This document shows, one piece after another, positions 1-11,569 of a DNA stretch of 64,000 bases. The notes beneath the pieces were generated by a model. It did no database searches. It had not been told where the DNA came from and was given only the letters and a program-made list of their open reading frames with translations. Source of the DNA: Octopus vulgaris (taxonomy: Eukaryota); NCBI GenBank assembly GCA_951406725.2, contig OX597838.1, positions 35,154,001 to 35,218,000 on the forward strand. Direction: 5' to 3'. Positions within the stretch are counted from its first letter, which is position 1. Each line of letters begins with the position of its first letter. Both the position numbers and the translations under genes were made by a program.

Positions 1-438
1 TTATTTTAATCATTAAATGTACTTTATCTAATATTATATTGTAAAAGTGGGTTACACTTCTGGGAAATCCTGTCTCTCTCTCTCTCTATATATATCCAAG
101 TTGAACTGTCAAAAAGCAGTAAATAGGTAGGACTTCACAACTTTTCCCTATTTTTCTCTTTTCAATCTTCCTCTTTTGCTGGCTCCTTTCATTTGGATTG
201 ACTCCATATCCCTCATGAGTCTCATATCAATATAATCTTCTCCCTTGAACACTGCAGCTGATTCCTCTTCTATCCAGTTTTTCTCTCAGCTCTGTTGTAG
301 TCTGCCATTCATACACACTTCCATTACACATTCAGCAGAGCATGTTTATATATATATATATAACAATTTAACAAATAAAACATGCATACATACATACATA
401 TATGTAAATACCTACATCTATATGTATGTATGTATACA

Positions 439-478
<40 letters not shown>

Positions 479-669
479 AATTGAGATAGGGGTTGTAAAT
501 GCAACCCTCCATGGGATAACATATATCCAATATACTGCTAGTGAAGTACCCAACAAAGTCAATACATAAATGTTAAGGATTGCGATGCTATCAATTCATT
601 TACTGTATTATATGGGCAAAGGTAAATGATTTACCACAAATTACTAATACAAGCTCCATTTTCTTATCT

Positions 670-672
<3 letters not shown>

Positions 673-720
<48 letters not shown>

Positions 721-842
721 ACATGCACATATATATATATATATATGTATGTATGTATACATGCACATATATATATATATATATGTATGTATGTATACAT
801 GCACATATATATATATATATATGTATGTATGTATACATGCAC

Positions 843-874
<32 letters not shown>

Positions 875-1268
875 ACATGCACATATATATATATATATAT
901 ATGTATGTATACATATATATATATATATATATATGTATGTATACATGCACATATATATATATATATATATGTATGTATACATGCACATATATATATATAT
1001 GTATATGTATGTATACATGCACATATATATATATATGTATATGTATGTATACATGCACATATATATATATATATATTATGTATACATGCACATATATATA
1101 TATATGTATGTATACATGCACATATATATATATATATGTATGTATACATATATATATATGTATGTATACATGCACATATATATATATATATGTATGTATA
1201 CATGCACATATATATATATATATGTATGTATACATGCACACATATATATATATATGTATGTATACATG

Positions 1269-1310
<42 letters not shown>
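673..1310. repeat. Compound minisatellite: ~15 copies of a TGTATGTATACATGCACA core separated by variable (TA)n
   Basis: Read directly; explains the long Y/I/C/M/H-rich ORFs in all frames here. Confidence 0.95.
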
Positions 1311-1311
<1 letters not shown>

Positions 1312-1312
<1 letters not shown>

Positions 1313-1353
1313 AACAACTTATAAATAAGGGCAAACTTATTTATAAGTTGTTT
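1312..1353. repeat. Perfect inverted repeat, 18-bp arms, 6-nt loop
   Basis: AAACAACTTATAAATAAG-ggcaaa-CTTATTTATAAGTTGTTT. Confidence 0.95.
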
Positions 1354-1458
1354 ATAAATTTAACCTTTAAAGGTATTTTTTTAATGATAACATTTCTTTT
1401 TGGGAAAAAATTTTATCCTATATTAGATATATATATACAAAAGAAATTAGAATGCAAG

Positions 1459-1531
1459 AAGAAAAGAAAATGGAGATAAGGAAGTTAATAATAAACAGTT
1501 ATTAACTTCCTTATCTCCATTTTCTTTTCTT
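1459..1531. repeat. Perfect inverted repeat, 33-bp arms, 7-nt loop
   Basis: 1459-1491 is the exact reverse complement of 1499-1531; loop TAAACAG. Confidence 0.95.
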
Positions 1532-1788
1532 TTAAATGGCTATAAACAATATGCTTTATATATACCTGTTGTTTTAAGGGAATTTCACTCCTCTGAAATG
1601 CTAGGTATTGAACTAGTATTTCCTTGGATGCAATCATCCCTTCACAAGGTTAACATATCCTCTAATTTATATACATATATATATATAAAAGAGTAGTATA
1701 ATTTCTTACATACTGAAATTAATAGTGCAAAAGAACTGTATCATATAGCTGAATAAATTTATTTTCACTTCTCACACCTGACTTTCTG

Positions 1789-1852
<64 letters not shown>

Positions 1853-2006
1853 GTAGTTGAATGAATTATCCTAGTATGGATAATTCGGTTAACCGATACC
1901 CAGGTAGCAAATTTACGTCAGAAAGCACAGTTGAAGCTACATGCCACGGGCAGAAATCACGTGCTTTCGTGTGGAAATTTGTGTGTTTTTTTACTATAGA
2001 TTAATC

Positions 2007-2240
2007 AAAGAATGGAGTCGAACGACGATTTAACAAAATTCCTTTATTTTCGACACATGTTTCGAAGATTGCATATTCTTAATTCCGAAGGAATAAAGGG
2101 TGCATTATGCAGTCTTCTCATCAGGATGAGAAGACGGCATAATGCACCCTTTATTCCTTCGGAATTAAGAATATGCAGTCTTCGAGACATGTGTCGAGAA
2201 TAAAGGAATTTTGTTAAATCGTCGTTCGACTCCATTCTTT
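2007..2240. repeat. 234-bp palindrome (116-bp arms, 2-nt spacer, 4 mismatches) in a (TA)n-flanked island; probable inverted pseudo-LTR of a Penelope-like element
   Basis: Arms 2007-2122 and 2125-2240; mismatched pairs 2049/2198, 2061/2186, 2069/2178, 2111/2136. Penelope origin is inferred from the embedded hammerhead motif. Confidence 0.9.
2050..2126 (-). ncRNA. Type-I hammerhead ribozyme-like motif (intact core, truncated stem I)
   Basis: Minus strand: tc-CTGATGA-gaagactgcata...tatgcaatcttc-GAAAC-atgt-GTC-ga. Stem II 11/12 bp plus an inner hairpin; GUC cleavage triplet. Confidence 0.7.
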
Positions 2241-2241
2241 C

Positions 2242-2280
<39 letters not shown>

Positions 2281-2282
<2 letters not shown>

Positions 2283-3138
2283 CATCAGTTGTGGTGTGCA
2301 AGAGAGACGTTTGCGCTGGTATGGTCATGTGGCGAGAATGGATGAAGATAGTTGTGTGAAAAAGTGCCACACCCTAGCGGTTGAGGGAACCTGTGGAAGA
2401 GGCAGACCCAGGAAAACCTGGGACGAGGTGGTGAAGCACGACCTTCGAACTTTAGGTCTCACCGAGGAAATGACTAGAGACCGAGACCTCTGGAAGTGTG
2501 CTGTGCGCGAGAAGACCCAGCAGGACAAGTGAGTCCACAACCCGTGGCCTTCTACATGGGATGGAGCCAGCCTACGTATGCATACCTTCCCTTCTTGGGA
2601 CACAAAACTCTACTTGTGAAGACGTGTTGAGGCAAGTGAGGATCAGAATCGAAATCGATCAATGGAAATTGCGGATGTGCTACCAGTGCCGGTGGCATGT
2701 CGAAACTCTGCTTGTGAAGACCCATTGAGGCAAGTGAGGATCAGAATCGAAATCGATCAATGGAAATCGATCAATGGAAATTGCAGATGTGTTACCAGTG
2801 CCGGTGGCATGTAAGAGAACCTTCCGTTTCGCGACCGTTGCCAGCACCGCCCCATTTTGTGTTCGTTGCCAGCCTCGCCTGGCCCTCGTGCCGGTGGCAC
2901 ATAAAAAACACCATCCGTTCGTGGCCGTTTGCCAGCTCTGGCTGGCACCAGTGCGGGTGGCACGTAAAAAGCACCCACTACACTCACGGAGTGGTTGGCG
3001 TTAGGAAGGGCATCCAGCCGTAGAAACACTGCCAGATTTGACTGGGCCTGATGAAGCCTTCTGGCTTCACAGACCCCAGCAGAACCGTCCAACCCATGCT
3101 AGCATGGAAAACGGACGCTAAATGATGATGATGATGAT
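2281..3138 (+). mobile_element. 5'-truncated RTE-clade LINE: ORF2 C-terminus plus 3' UTR (family D) with (TGA)n tail
   Basis: ORF 2296-2532 RRLRWYGHVARM...GRGRPRKTW...DL...DRDLW is the typical RTE C-terminus. The 3' UTR has ~60-bp GTGCCGGTGGCAC-containing repeats, an internal ~100-bp duplication (about 2604-2812) and a tgatgatga tail. Confidence 0.9.
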
Positions 3139-4702
3139 ATATATATATGTATGTGTGTGTGTGTGTAGGTTTTCTGTGTTTCTGTATGTGCACTTCCTCT
3201 ACAGAAACTGTTTAAACTGTTTTGTAATACAATTTACTAGTTATTGGTCGATTTCACTATCATTTTACAAGCAAAATTCCTTATGCTGTTTCTTCTGCTT
3301 CTTTATATTCTGATTTTGTCATTCATTCTTCCAGGATTGATAAAATGCAGTATTAGTCAAGTATTGGGTTAGGTTAATTATGCATTCCTTTCTCTCCAAA
3401 TTTCTAATCTGCCTAGGTTTTATATATTTATAAGTTGTATATATTGTATGTACATTCTTGAGTGATTGAGAGTACAATTGCTCACTGTAATTAATAGAGA
3501 ACCCTTGAGCTGTTTGAAATGTCTCTGCTGACATCCTTCCTAAATTTTGCGAAACACTTCATTATAAGAATAAGTTCCATAAAATTCTTTAACAGATATA
3601 ACCTCAATGTAAGTTGCAGCTGCTTGGATAATTTCATCTCCTTTATAGCTAGAATTAATAGGAAAGAAATTGTTTCCTCTCCCACAAATGATTCCTTGCC
3701 TTAGTGCAACAGTCTTAACAAGAATTTATGCCCTCTTTACAGTAAATGCCTTCAGAAAAAGAACTGTTTACTGTGCCAAGCTTTCCACAAATGATAATAC
3801 CAATGCTACAAAGTTCTGTTTTGGCTTTCCAGAGACTTATGAGTGAATGGGCAAATATAATGAGTGAAGAACAAGGGTTGAGAAGTGGTTTGTGCTAAAT
3901 GTTTGAGGGAAGATAGTGAAGAGTAGGTGATGACTGTAGAGACTGGGTAGTGTTGTGGGCAAGATGTAGTGAATATTGGTCAAAGGTGATTAGGTGATAG
4001 ATGACACGAATGAGTTGGAGGAAGATAGTAGAAAGTAGGTAATGACTAACAGTATAGGAAGGGATGAGGAGCAGCAGATTAATAATAATAATATAGTAGA
4101 GAGGGGGAGGATGAGAGGGAGATGACATTTGATTGGGTAGATTGCAAGTGTGTGATGGGAGAGGCATACGTAGTGCATAGTGAGTGAGAGAGAGATGTAT
4201 AGTAGTGAAGAGGGTGTTATGTTGTACAGAAAGGCAATCAATGTAAAATATGAATGGAGAGGGACAATGTTAAGAAAGAAAGATGGTTTCTTAAGAATAT
4301 CCAAAACTTAAACACATCATTTCCATAGACAAAACAAACATTTCTCGTCACTTGCATTGCTGAAGATTCCCTGTATTTGAAATGGGTATAAAATGAACTG
4401 CAAAAAGAAAAAAAAAAAGAAAAAAACAATACTAAAATTAATGTTTATTTTACCATAAGTATTGAGAAAGTACCCTCAAAGTGATTGGGTCAAAATGTGA
4501 CAGGGCTTTCTTTCCAAGTTTTATAAATACAATGTATAAAGCTCTCGCTCACTTATACAACTTTAAACTGAATATAAAAAAAACATTATATTTTAGTTGA
4601 TAATTTAAGTTCAGTGGTTGGCTTCAGTAATGCATCTAACCTCATCTTCCATGGCATTTGGTCCACTGTTATTGATGGAATAATATGTCTGTCTGTCTAT
4701 CT

Positions 4703-4831
4703 ACACACACACACACACATGTATATGTGCATATAAACATAGATACATAGTGAATATTTATGTATGTGTATATATATCATCATCATCATCATGTGTATAT
4801 ATATCATCATCGTATATATATCATCATCATC

Positions 4832-4862
<31 letters not shown>

Positions 4863-4980
4863 TGTATATGTGCATATAAACATAGATACATAGTGAATAT
4901 TTATGTATGTGTATATATATCATCATCATCATCATCATCATGTGTATATATATCATCATCATCGTATATATATCATCATC

Positions 4981-5015
<35 letters not shown>

Positions 5016-5151
5016 TGTATATGTGCATATAAACATAGATACATAGTGAATATTTATGTATGTGTATATATATCATCATAATCATCATCATCATCATGTG
5101 TATATATATCATCATCATCATCGTATATATATCATCATCATCATCATCATC

Positions 5152-5192
<41 letters not shown>

Positions 5193-5240
5193 TGTATATG
5201 TGCATATAAACATAGATACATAGTGAATATTTATGTAAAT
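4703..5240. repeat. Higher-order tandem repeat: ~4 units of ~145-180 bp built from (CA)n, a conserved ~50-bp core, (CAT)n and (TA)n
   Basis: Core CACATGTATATGTGCATATAAACATAGATACATAGTGAATATTTATGTA recurs at about 4716, 4859, 5011 and 5189. Confidence 0.9.
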
Positions 5241-6089
5241 ATATATATATATATATATATATAATCTATACTCATACAGACATGTGCAGATAATTTCCAT
5301 TTTACTTTCGTAAATTTCTACCAATATTCTTATTCTTTTTCCATTTCCATTTTTTAAACTTTCCAACCTATTTTTGCTCAGCTGAAAATCAAAACACTTT
5401 GAAGTTATGGGACACTGATTTCTTTTTTTTTTGTTTTTGTTAGTCTGTTTTCGTTTTTTTTTTTTTTTTTTTTATTTTACTTTTGTTGTTTGGAAATATC
5501 TTATGAATGGAAAATGTTTGAACTTACTGCTTTCTTTACTTTTCACTGTTATTCTTTCTCTCTTTTTTTTTTGTTTTGTTTTCAATGTTTTTTTTTCTTC
5601 TTGTTTTCCATTTCTTTCATTATTTTCTACTATTTTCTAGAGTGAGAATATATTGTCTGTTTGTCTTTTTCACTCCTTCCCTCCCCCTCTCTCTCTCTCT
5701 ATCACACACACACATGCATACATAGGCATCATATATATTTCATTCAAATTCTGTCTATAATGAACACCTTTCTGATGTTAAAATTCGAATAATAAGAAAA
5801 CTAGTGAACATTAATAATAAATAAATATATATATATATATATATGTGTGTGTGTCTCTCTATCATACTCTAGCCTCTCAACACCTGGCATAAAGCCACCT
5901 GCCCCCTCTATTACAACCTCCCTCACTGGAGAGACTTTTCTTTGTCGTACAAGTTACTTGGCAACCGAACTAGTGCTGGTTGTCATGAAAAAAGTGCCCA
6001 GTACACTTTGTAAAGTGGTTGCCATTACCAAGGGCATTCACCAGAAGAAACCATATGAAAGTAGATATGGCAGCTCAATTGCAGTCTTC

Positions 6090-6508
6090 GGATATTTTCG
6101 GTTTGAATGGCAGTTTTTTAAAATAATTTCCACGTAACTAAACACTTTTAAACTTCATATGCTGGTAGAATGTGTTTATAAAACATCTTTTTCTCTTGGC
6201 TTTATTGAGAAAATTCTATAGTTTGTTAGATATTTGTTGTTGTTTTTCTTCAGTTTCTGCAATTTCGACCAATCAATTACATCTATTGAGGTGAAAACAT
6301 TCTGTGCCGTATGAATATGTCCCTCATTTAAGAAACAGATTGGGTTTATTTACATTTCTGAAGAAAAAAAATACCCTTCCCCTCACCCCTAACCCTAACT
6401 AACCCTAAAACAGATTGAAATGCAATAGATCGATACTAGGGTCATAATTATGGGTGACAATTTCATATGACACCGCTAGAAAAACTGCCGTTCAAACCGA
6501 AAAGATCC
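6090..6508. mobile_element. MITE with 29-bp TIRs and 8-bp TSD (Merlin-like), inserted into a family-D repeat
   Basis: TIRs GGATATTTTCGGTTTGAATGGCAGTTTTT and AAAAACTGCCGTTCAAACCGAAAAGATCC (2 mismatches); TSD CAGTCTTC/CACTCTTC; GG termini; internal CCCTAA motifs. Superfamily assignment is an inference. Confidence 0.8.
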
Positions 6509-6724
6509 CACTCTTCTACTCATTTAATCCTGTCAAACCCTTCAATGCATGCTCTCTTCCTCTCATTCTCTCTCCCTCTCTCTTCTCTCTCTGGTTAGGA
6601 GGTAAACATGTACCTCCTTCATAGCAAGACACCCGTTTCTGCCCTCTCTGTCACATTCTAGCTGTTCATCACCTGACACAAGATCACCTCCTCCAATGCC
6701 TTCTCCCCTTTCAAAATTCCTTGT

Positions 6725-6980
6725 CTTGCAAGTTACTTGGTGACCCTGCCAGTGCAGGTGCCACTTAGGGCATCAAGCTGTAAAAACCTTGTCAAAATTG
6801 ACCTTGCCTGTGCTGGTGCTACGTAAAAAGCACTCAGTCCACTCTGCAGGGTGGTTGGTGTTAGGAAGGGCATCCAGTTGTAAAAACCACGCCAAAAGAA
6901 ACACAGAAGTCTGGCCAGCTTCTATCAAACCATCCAACCCATGCCAGCATGAAAGGTGGACGTTAAAGGATGATGATGAT
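6725..6980 (+). mobile_element. RTE 3'-end-derived repeat (family D), diverged
   Basis: gtggttggtgttaggaagggcatccag...aacccatgccagcatg...tgatgatgat matches 2990-3138. Confidence 0.75.
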
Positions 6981-7007
6981 ATATATATATACATACACAC
7001 ACACACA

Positions 7008-7216
7008 TGAGATGGTGCTGAAAAGTTCCTGGTTTTGGGTAAAAGAAAATACAGGAGGATGAGTTAACTGTGATTTTGTTCGACATATTCCCCTCTCAGA
7101 TTCACACACTTATTGCGGCAGTTCTTCAGTTTTTCTGTAAAAGAACTCAGAAGATTGTGCTCCCAACCAGGCCTTTCACAATACCCTTAAAGCCAGGGAC
7201 TTTCAGTACCCCCTTA
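7008..7216. mobile_element. Tc1/mariner-type MITE, copy 1
   Basis: Termini ...GGTGCTGAAAAGTTCCTGG and CCAGGGACTTTCAGTACCCCC..., followed by TA; same family at 45423 and 60017. Confidence 0.75.
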
Positions 7217-8189
7217 TACACGTGTTTATTTTTTTATGACTGTTTTTTTTTCTTGCTAGTATAGGTTAGACAAATGGATTACTGAGTCATTGAGGATTTC
7301 CTTTCTGTTATTAACCCTTGTTTTCCAAAGAAAATATATCTTATTTCTAATATTTTCAACGGTAGGGAAAAATGACATCTCTGTAGTTGATCATTATTTG
7401 GAAATGTGCAAAAATAAACAAATGTACACACATACACACACGTGTGTGTGTGTAGACATGGTTGTGTGGTTGAGAAGTTTGCTTCACAACCTCATGGTTT
7501 TGGGTTCAGTCACACCGTGTGGAACCTTCAGTTAGTGTTTTCTGATATAGTCCTGGGACCAAAGCCTTATCTTATGATTGGATGGTCGTGCATTGATGCT
7601 GATTAAACAGACTTCTGTTCAAGGGGCTGCAGCCCTAGTCATCCTGTTTTTTTTTTCTCTAGATAAAATGCTTCCTCTAGAAATACATCATCCAATATGT
7701 TTTTCTGTTTTAAGATAGAAATACATGATTTGAGAGACTTTGTTGTTATTTCTGGCAGCTGAAATGAACACACATTGGGTCATGTTTGTGTGTGTTTGTG
7801 TGTGTATGTGTACACTGTACATGTGTCTTCATACATGTGTGTGTGCGCATGTGTTTTGATGAATGTGTGCTTATGTCTTTGTGAAAATAGAGACCATAAC
7901 AGCATACGTAATATTATCCCCATTGGGGGGAATTACTTACATGTTAATATGTCATTAATTTTCCCCATTTTCATAAAATTCAAATATGGTTTATTTCTTA
8001 TTTTTGTTTTTCAATTTTAATTTTGTAAGTGCTGTATTCTGTTTCTTCATCATTTGATATAAAACACCCCCTGAAGAGATTTCAAATGGCTTGATTCTGT
8101 AAAGCTATTATCTCAAATGCTCTAAACTGTCATAAAATAATTTTTCATCTTCTTCGACTATTTCCAATAATAATAATAATAATAATAAT

Positions 8190-8745
8190 TCTTTTTGCTA
8201 TAGGCAGAAAGCCTGAAATTTTAGAGTAGGGGCCTAGTCAATTATATCGACTCCAGTGCTCAACCAGTACTTATTTTATCAACCCTAAAATGACGAAAGA
8301 CAAAGTTGACCTCGGTGAATAATGACAATAATAATGGTTTCAAATTTTGGCACAATGCCAGCAATTTGGGGGGAAGGGGAAGTTGATTACATCTCCCCAC
8401 ATCCCTAACGCTCAAATTGTACTTTGTTTTATCAACTTTGGAATGATGTTGGTGACATGATAACTAAGAACATAAAGAGCTGAAAGAAGTATTGCTAAGC
8501 CTTCTGTCTGTTTGTCACATTAATGGTTTCAAATTCTGGCACCAGGCCAGCAATTTTCAGTGCGGTGGTGATGGTGGTGGTGAGCAAGATAATTATGTTA
8601 TCCCTAGTACTTGATTGGTATTTTATCAGCCTCAAGAGGAGGAAAAGCAAAGTTTACCTAGGTAGGATTTGAACTCAGAACATAGTCAGAAGAAATATCC
8701 CAAAACAGTTTCTGATGTGCTAATGATTCTGCCAGCGAGCTGGCA
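8190..8745 (-). mobile_element. Cluster of three diverged family-B SINE copies
   Basis: Recurrent atcgac(t/c)ccagtgct...gtacttattttatc...aaagttgacc and gatttgaactcagaac motifs with (TAA)n tails. Confidence 0.6.
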
Positions 8746-8954
8746 AAAACCTTTATTCAGTTACTTCATAATAAAAAGGATAAGGATAATACACAATCAG
8801 AAAACCCTGTCTAGCCAAGAAAATATATTACCTTACTTGGAAACAAGTGAGGCCTGACAAGATGAAGGGCATCTGGCTGTTGAAAATCTGCCTTGACAAA
8901 TTGTGTCTGATCCATGGAAGCAAGGGAAACTGGGCATTAAATGAAGTTATATAT

Positions 8955-9240
8955 CATCATCATCATCGTCAACCACTCCATGAGTGTAGTGGGTGCTTTT
9001 TACATGACAACGGCACAGGTGCCAGATGAGGCTGGCAAACGGCCACAAACGGATGGTGCTTTTTACGTGCCACTGGCACGAGGCCAGTCAGGGCGGCGCT
9101 GGCAATGGCCACGTTCGGATGGTTCTCTTACGTTCCACCGGCACTGGTATCTCAGCTGCAATTTCCATTGATCGATTTCGATTCTGATTCTCACTTGCCT
9201 CAACAGGTCTTCACAAGTAGAGTTTTGTGTCACAAGTAGA
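8955..9240 (-). mobile_element. Family D (RTE 3' UTR) copy
   Basis: Reverse complement of about 2600-2995, with an internal deletion near the tail. Confidence 0.85.
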
Positions 9241-9244
9241 GTTT

Positions 9245-9294
<50 letters not shown>

Positions 9295-9343
9295 TATATA
9301 TAAATCAAAGTATACAATATTATATATCCATTATAGCCGATTT

Positions 9344-9421
9344 TACCAACTGGTTTCACACTATGGGTTCAACAGAGTGTTAGGTAAATCCAATTATGTA
9401 ACCCTGCACTCCTCAGAGGTA
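9344..9421 (-). ncRNA. Decayed hammerhead-like motif in a (TA)n-adjacent island
   Basis: Minus strand: tacc-t-CTGAGGA-gtgcagggtt...aacccatagtgt-GAAAC-ca-GTT-ggta. Core boxes intact; stems imperfect. Confidence 0.45.
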
Positions 9422-10007
9422 GCCGTTAGGGAAATATGTATCCCATTGGTAGGCTGCTGGTATATAATCTTAGTTACTTAAGTGAAGTCTCTTTATTCTG
9501 ATGGCCAAATGTATAGTGGTTAACACCTCTGTTACTGCTTATAGATGTGGCTTTTGAATCCTTTGGGTGATATTACTTTTTTTCCATTTTTTTTTCTATT
9601 ATGAATTTATATTAAACAATTTTAATGCTACGAAATCATATTTTACAATATATTAACTGGATGGTTTATGTTATAGTAGGTTATTGCAAATAGAAATAGA
9701 ATTTTAAGTAGTACTACATTTGTATAAGACATGCCGTTTTTTTGTATTTTTAATTGTATCAAAAAAATTACCTGCCTAACCCTAACCGAAACCCTGATTA
9801 GACAGAATTACAGATGGGAGATTGAGCATTGCAGGCTAGGGAGCTAAATGAGCATAAGTCTGATATGTGCAATAGTTGTTAATAATAGATAAAAGATATT
9901 GAAAACAAGCCAAAATATTACTATGTGTTCAAATGTACGAAAAATTGTTTATGGTACATTGACATATATGTAGGAACCACATCATCTCATTATACCGTCT
10001 TCCTCTC

Positions 10008-10209
10008 TCTTTACTCTTTTACCTGTTTCAGTCATTTGACTGCGGCCATGCTGGAGCACCGCCTTTAGTCGAGCAAATCGACCCCGGGACTTATTCATTT
10101 TGTAAGCCCAGTACTTATTCTATCGGTCCCTTTTGCCGAACCGCTAAGTGACGGGGACATAAACACACCAGCATCGGTTGTCAAGCAATGCTAGGGAGAC
10201 AAACACAGG

Positions 10210-10248
<39 letters not shown>

Positions 10249-10418
10249 ATATATACGACAGGCTTCTTTCAGTTTCCGTCTACCAAATCCACTCACAAGG
10301 CATTGGTTGGGCCGGGGCTATAGCAGAAGACACTTGCCCAAGGTGCCACGCAGTGGGACTGAACCTGGAACCATGTGGTTAGTTAGCAAGCTACTTACCA
10401 CACAGCCACTCCTGCGCC
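10008..10418 (-). mobile_element. Family-A tRNA-derived SINE, full length
   Basis: Head GGCGCAGGAGTGGCTGTGTGGTAAG (A-box-like) and GGTTCAGTCCC (B-box-like), internal (TA)n(TG)n, tail (GTAAAAGA)n; more than 20 related copies in the window. Confidence 0.9.
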
Positions 10419-10724
10419 TCTGCATACATAATCAACACCTAATTTGAGTCATTCATTATATAATGAATTTGTTGCTTCTGAGAAACTGTGTTTTGTTAAT
10501 TGTCTAAATTAAAAATTCTAGAAAGATGAAATGAATGTTAAACTTTGATTTACCAGTCAGCTATTTGCAATGAGTAAATGACAGCAAAATCATGGTGGTG
10601 GTGTGACACCCTAGTGGCTGACCATAGAACATCAGAAGCAGAAACACAAGTTTTCATCGTGTATCACAGTTCATTTGAACAAAATATAAACAACTATGCA
10701 GTTGAACTATGGTACTAATATATT

Positions 10725-10898
10725 CTTCTATTTGTTTCAGTCATTTGACTGCAGCCATGTTGGAACACCACCTTAAGGGTTTTTTTTTTTAGGCGAACAA
10801 ATCAACCCCAGGACTTATTCTTTGTAAGCCTAGTACTTATTCTATCCGTCTCTTTTGCCAAACTGGGGGGACAAACATAGATACAAACACACAAATAC

Positions 10899-10951
<53 letters not shown>

Positions 10952-11075
10952 TACATGATGGGCTTCTTTCAATTTCCATCTACCAAATCCACTCTCAAGG
11001 CTTTGGTCTGCCCAAGGCTATGGTAGAAGACATTTGCCCAAGGTGCAATTAACTCGGAACCATGTTACCACACAG
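10725..11075 (-). mobile_element. Family-A SINE, diverged and deleted
   Basis: Similarity to 10008-10418. Confidence 0.75.
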
Positions 11076-11092
11076 TCATCAATTTACGGTTT

Positions 11093-11240
11093 CATCATCA
11101 TCATCATCGTTTAGTGTCCGCTTTCCATGCTGGCATGGGTTGGATGGTGCAACTGGGGTCTGGGAAGCCAGAAGGCTGCACCAGGCCCAGTCTGATCTGG
11201 CAGTGTTTCTATGGCTGGATGCCCTTCCTAACGCCAACCC
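11093..11240 (-). mobile_element. Family D 3' fragment
   Basis: (CAT)n then gtccgctttccatgctggcatgggttgg...gcccttcctaacgccaacc. Confidence 0.85.
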
Positions 11241-11569
11241 TTATTCAACATTGTCACATTATTGTTCTTACTTGCACTGAATCATAAATTTTTCACTACA
11301 GAAATACTTTATGATGAAACAGAAAATTCTTTTCCCTACAAAACATTCTTGTAAAATAGGGGTGCATCATCTTATGCAAGGGTGCATCTTATATGATGAC
11401 AAATACGATAAATGGTTTTGTAGCAGTGTATATATTGCAATGAACAAGCAGAAACTAAAAATTGAACTCAGAACCATGAAGTACTGAAATTATGCAATTC
11501 CTTTCTCCTTCATTCCTTTTTCATATCAAAACTACAATTCTCTGCAGACTCAGAGATTTCTTTCATCGT

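Noticed and set aside
580-1479. Long ORFs (up to ~300 aa) here and at 11550-12474, 41319-41827, 58499-59099, 62085-62620
   Set aside because: They are translations of TA/TG microsatellites, open in most frames on both strands; not genes.
3046-3075. CTGATGA followed by a small hairpin (hammerhead candidate)
   Set aside because: No GAAA box follows, and other family-D copies read ctggtgcagcc here, so it is a chance variant.
3880-4270. Purine-rich stretches here and at 36160-36690 with short ORFs
   Set aside because: Low-complexity, probably highly decayed antisense retroelement sequence; no diagnostic motif recovered.
6387-6408. Telomeric (CCCTAA)n
   Set aside because: Only about three imperfect units, inside a MITE; not a telomere or fusion site.
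10178-10447. Recurring ORFs such as MSSNARGTNT... and MLGGQTQTH...YDRLLSVSVYQIHSQG
   Set aside because: Incidental antisense translations of family-A SINE copies; frames shift with microsatellite length.
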